Positions 32,811-35,789 of a DNA stretch of 35,789 bases are shown piece by piece. The notes under the pieces were generated by a model. It made no database searches and was not told the origin of the DNA. It saw nothing but the letters and a program-made list of their open reading frames with translations. Origin of the DNA: Vulcanimicrobiota bacterium (GTDB taxonomy: Bacteria > Vulcanimicrobiota > Vulcanimicrobiia > Vulcanimicrobiales > Vulcanimicrobiaceae). Positions within the stretch are counted from its first letter, which is position 1. Every line of letters begins with the position of its first letter. The translations under genes were made by a program, and so were the position numbers. The stretch is from contig JACRUB010000039.1 in NCBI GenBank assembly GCA_014305015.1, positions 1 through 35,789 on the forward strand, given 5' to 3'.

Positions 32811-33532
32811 GCAGCCGGGAGCAGCGGCAGCAATTCGAAGTGCTCTATCTGCGCGCGGCCGCCGGCCGGATCGATTGCAATGTCCGTCGCCGAAACGTAT
32901 TTGCCATAAGGCCCCGCGTGTACGACCGGCACGCCGCCGATGAATTCCGGCTTGCTCAGCGTATCGTGACTATGTCCGCCGAGCAAGAGATCGATGCGCG
33001 GAACGGCCGCCGCGAGCTTTCGGTCGAGCGAGAGTCCGATGTGTGAGAGCACGATAAAGAGGTCGCCCGGCGCGACTCGCGCCGCGTGCGCCGCGATGAC
33101 CTCAGCCGGGTCCAAAAAGCGCCAGCCGAAAATATGTTCCCAGAAGCTGCCCTGCGGATACTGCATGATGAGCAACCCCGTCAGATAGACGTTGCCTTGC
33201 GGCGTGCTCATCCGTAAGTGATCGACGAACGGAAGCGCACGTCCCTTTAGATCCACGAGATTGGAACAAATCAGCGGATGATGCATTTTTGCCGCACGCG
33301 CTGCAAGCAATGTAAAGAGATAGTGGAATTCGCGATTGCCGATAGCTTGTGCGTCGTAGTGTGCGGCGTCTATTTCTGCAATGATCGGTTCGTCGCGATG
33401 GTAGACGGTTTGACTTCCACGTAGCGAATCGCCGCAATCGAAAAGCAGGCCCGGATGCGCCGAACGCAAGGCCGCGAGCGGCGCTATGATCCCGCGGTTA
33501 TTGTGCAAGTCGGAGGTGTGATAGATCCGCAT
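32807..33532 (-). CDS. Calcineurin-like metallophosphoesterase, UshA/5'-nucleotidase N-domain type, stand-alone
   Basis: All five metallophosphatase motifs are present: HTSDLH (DxH), CGDSLRG (GDxxxG), GNREFH (GNHE variant), LSHIG, GGHSHD. At 241 aa it lacks the 5'-nucleotidase C-terminal domain. Confidence 0.75.
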   Translation of the reverse strand: MRIYHTSDLHNNRGIIAPLAALRSAHPGLLFDCGDSLRGSQTVYHRDEPIIAEIDAAHYDAQAIGNREFHYLFTLLAARAAKMHHPLICSNLVDLKGRALPFVDHLRMSTPQGNVYLTGLLIMQYPQGSFWEHIFGWRFLDPAEVIAAHAARVAPGDLFIVLSHIGLSLDRKLAAAVPRIDLLLGGHSHDTLSKPEFIGGVPVVHAGPYGKYVSATDIAIDPAGGRAQIEHFELLPLLPAA

Positions 33533-34638
33533 TACGAGCGCGCGAGCGCCACGGCGAACGCGGCAGATTGCTCCAGCACCTCAGCCGGTCCCAGAGCGGC
33601 TCGTAAACCGAGCAGCTCTTCATATTGCGTCTCGGGACTGAGTAAAACGGATTCCATCTCTCTGGAAAGCGCATCCGCCGTAACATCTTCCTGCAAGAGT
33701 TCGGGAACGACCCGCTTCTTGAGCACGAGATTGGGAATGGTGATATGCGGCCCGGAATAGATACGGCGCGCTATTCTTGCCTGCGCTTGTGAGAGGACAT
33801 AAAACGCAATCGCGGGCACGCCGGTGAGCGCGCTCTCCAGCACGGCAGTCCCCGAGGCAACCCATGCGGCATCCGCTTGCGCGATCGCCGCCTGCGCCGA
33901 TTGAACAATGGTGAGGCCGGATAGCGTGCGGCGCTCGAGTTCAGCGCCAATCATTTGCTCGCCGGCGCGATCCGCCGCGCCGAGGATCGCTTTCAAGTTC
34001 GGACGCCGCGCGCGAAGCTGGACGTAGGCATCTAGCAAAACGGGGAGATGGCGTTTGATTTCCCCTGCGCGGCTGCCCGGCAAAATCGCAATCGTTCCGC
34101 CATCGCGCGGGGGCGCCGGACGCGGCGGGCGCATCGTGTATGCGGGCGCTAAGGGATGTCCAAAAAAGTGCACCGGCAACCCGTGCTTGGTGTAAAAATC
34201 ACGCTGATGTTCGAAGGCCACGAGCGGAACGCTGAGCTCCGCAACGGCTTGTGCCTGTTGCGGTTTGTCGAGCCATGCGCCGGGCGGAAAGAAATACAGG
34301 ATCGGCCGGCGGTACCCGATGCGGCGCAGCGTCTTAGCTAAACGCATGTGCACCGCGCCGAAATCGACGACCACAATGAGATCGGGTGGATTCTTTTTTA
34401 AGCGCAGAGCATTGCGCCACATGATCAGCCAGAGTTTTGGAACGTTCATGAGCGCTTCAAAGATGCCCATCGTGCTCCAGCCGCGCGTATGATTCCACAG
34501 TTTAACGCCCTGCTCGCGCATCCGGTCGCCCCCGATCCCTTCGAAATGCGCATCCGGATCGAGGTCTGCAATAGCACGGGCGAGCGATGTGGCGCTCACT
34601 TCACCGGACGCTTCGCCGGTTGAGAAGAAATAGCGCAA
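33532..34638 (-). CDS. lpxB: Lipid-A-disaccharide synthase LpxB
   Basis: MRYFFSTGEASGEVSATSLARAI (the GEaSGD motif), IGGDRMREQGV, DLIVVVDFGAVHMRLAK, YFFPPGAWL, GTAVLESALTGVPAIAFY. Confidence 0.85.
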   Translation of the reverse strand: MRYFFSTGEASGEVSATSLARAIADLDPDAHFEGIGGDRMREQGVKLWNHTRGWSTMGIFEALMNVPKLWLIMWRNALRLKKNPPDLIVVVDFGAVHMRLAKTLRRIGYRRPILYFFPPGAWLDKPQQAQAVAELSVPLVAFEHQRDFYTKHGLPVHFFGHPLAPAYTMRPPRPAPPRDGGTIAILPGSRAGEIKRHLPVLLDAYVQLRARRPNLKAILGAADRAGEQMIGAELERRTLSGLTIVQSAQAAIAQADAAWVASGTAVLESALTGVPAIAFYVLSQAQARIARRIYSGPHITIPNLVLKKRVVPELLQEDVTADALSREMESVLLSPETQYEELLGLRAALGPAEVLEQSAAFAVALARS

Positions 34639-34646
34639 GCCCGCGC

Positions 34647-35414
34647 CTACTTCAAGATGCCGCGGTCGGAGTCGGCTTGGAGAAACGCAATGAGATCGCG
34701 GCCCGCTTGCGTCTTGACCGTCGCTTCCATTTCCTGAAGTGCTTGCGAAAGATTGCGCTTTGATCCGTAAATTAAACGGTAAAAGGCTTTGAGTTCCGCG
34801 ATATCCTCAGCAGAGAAGCCCGCGCGCTTTAAGCCTGCGCTATTGAGGCCGTACGTTTTCGGCGGATTGCCGTCGCACAAAAAAAACGGCGGCAAATCGC
34901 GCGAGAGCTTTGAGAATCCGCCGACGAACGCATACTTACCGACGCGCACGAATTGATGCATGCCCACCATGCCGCCGATGCCGGCATAATCGTCAACCAC
35001 GACGTGGCCCGCCAACTGCGCGAGGTTGCTCATGGTCACGCCGTTTCCGACACGGCAATTGTGCGCGACATGCCCGTAGGCTAGCAGCAAACAATCATCC
35101 CCGATTGAAGTGATTTCTTCTTCGCCGGTAGCACGCTGCACGCTCACATATTCTCGCAGCACCGTTCGGTCGCCGATCGTGGTATACGCGCGTTCGCCCT
35201 TATATTTGCGGTCTTGCGACGTGCTTCCAATCGTAGCGAACGGATAAATCTGGCAGTCTTCGCCGATGGTCGTGTGTCCATTCACCACAACGTTTGCCTG
35301 GAGTACCGTTCCACGTCCGATCTTCACGTGTTCGCCGACTAAGCAGAACGGACCGATCTCAACACCGCGAGCGAGCTGCGCATTCGGGTGAACGACTGCC
35401 GTAGGGTGAATCAC
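34647..35414 (-). CDS. lpxA: Acyl-ACP--UDP-GlcNAc O-acyltransferase LpxA
   Basis: MIHPTAVVHPNAQLARGVEIGPFCLVGEHVKIGRGTVLQANVVVNGHTTIGEDCQIYPFATIGS hexapeptide repeats. Also QDRKYKGE, HVAHNCRVGNGV and a C-terminal helical domain. The start overlaps the fabZ stop. Confidence 0.9.
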   Translation of the reverse strand: MIHPTAVVHPNAQLARGVEIGPFCLVGEHVKIGRGTVLQANVVVNGHTTIGEDCQIYPFATIGSTSQDRKYKGERAYTTIGDRTVLREYVSVQRATGEEEITSIGDDCLLLAYGHVAHNCRVGNGVTMSNLAQLAGHVVVDDYAGIGGMVGMHQFVRVGKYAFVGGFSKLSRDLPPFFLCDGNPPKTYGLNSAGLKRAGFSAEDIAELKAFYRLIYGSKRNLSQALQEMEATVKTQAGRDLIAFLQADSDRGILK

Positions 35415-35789
35415 GCATGCAGCACGGTGGCATCATAACCAAACAAGCGCGGATCGCTTGCGATTGAAAACATGAGATCGCCCGAACACACCAGCTGATC
35501 GTTGACTTTTGCCGTCGCTTTTATCCACCCAATGTTTTTGCGGATTTTGACGACGATGGTTTCCATCATCAAACAGTCGCCGGGAACAACCGGGCGCCGA
35601 AACTTTACTTTGTCGATGCCGGCAAGGTATGGCGTCTTGCGAGAGAATTCGCCGGGCTCCAGCACCGTCGTACCGCCGAGTTGCGCGAGGGCCTCGATCA
35701 TGTAGACGCCTGGAAAGAGCGGATTGCCCGGAAAATGCCCGGTGAAGACCGGCTCGTTGAAGGTGATATTCTTGTAGCCGAGTGCGCGC
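35411..35789 (-). CDS. fabZ: 3-hydroxyacyl-ACP dehydratase FabZ (5' end outside the window)
   Basis: Extending the frame beyond the listed 96-aa ORF gives ...LGYKNITFNEPVFTGHFPGNPLFPGVYMIEALAQLGG. This is the FabZ hot-dog active-site motif (GHFPxxPxxPGV..iEa.AQ). Confidence 0.85.
   Translation of the reverse strand, partial: RALGYKNITFNEPVFTGHFPGNPLFPGVYMIEALAQLGGTTVLEPGEFSRKTPYLAGIDKVKFRRPVVPGDCLMMETIVVKIRKNIGWIKATAKVNDQLVCSGDLMFSIASDPRLFGYDATVLHA

Noticed and set aside
1-35789. Scan for CRISPR repeats, tRNA/rRNA genes, IS elements, integrases, toxin-antitoxin pairs or known defence genes.
   Set aside because: I saw no regularly spaced direct repeats, no T-loop/acceptor-like tRNA signatures and no transposase, integrase or nuclease-helicase defence motifs. 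The window looks like core chromosome rather than a mobile or defence island.

Overview
This is a GC-rich, very densely coding bacterial chromosomal window with about 41 protein genes. I found no rRNA, tRNA, CRISPR array, IS/transposase or integrase. All family names below come from motif recognition by eye, not from database searches.

Content from left to right:
(i) A Min cell-division operon on the minus strand that unusually carries two tandem minD paralogues (minC-minD-minD-minE). It is followed by the first codons of a RodA/FtsW-like gene.
(ii) A secreted M48/BepA-like Zn-protease and a DUF697-type membrane protein.
(iii) An uncharacterised envelope module: RDD / SpoIIM-like / DUF58 / MoxR AAA+ / DUF4350 / DUF4129 / polytopic membrane protein. 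It is interrupted by a yqjD-yqjE-yqjK-like trio of small tail-anchored stress proteins (DUF883-like, holin-X/DUF1469-like, DUF3618).
(iv) Housekeeping genes: MOSC, a wHTH regulator with a membrane partner, a SAM methyltransferase, recR-ybaB-dnaX and a RecQ-family helicase.
(v) A large secreted protein of unknown function.
(vi) An outer-membrane/LPS supercluster of more than 13 kb, all on the minus strand, mostly with overlapping stop/start codons. The order is fabZ-lpxA-lpxB-metallophosphoesterase-lpxB paralogue-O-antigen-ligase-like-lptC-like-lptB-lptF/G-DUF3084-RuvX-like, then an SLH-domain OmpM-type porin, a TPR protein and a GT4 glycosyltransferase.

LPS genes combined with an SLH/OmpM tether and actinobacterial-type modules suggest a diderm member of the Terrabacteria, but I cannot name the taxon.

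Best candidates for undescribed biology:
- the lpx-embedded UshA-type phosphoesterase (possible LpxH analogue);
- the DUF3084 and RuvX-like genes translationally coupled to lpt genes;
- the double-MinD operon;
- the transglutaminase-less MoxR/DUF58/DUF4350/DUF4129 module.
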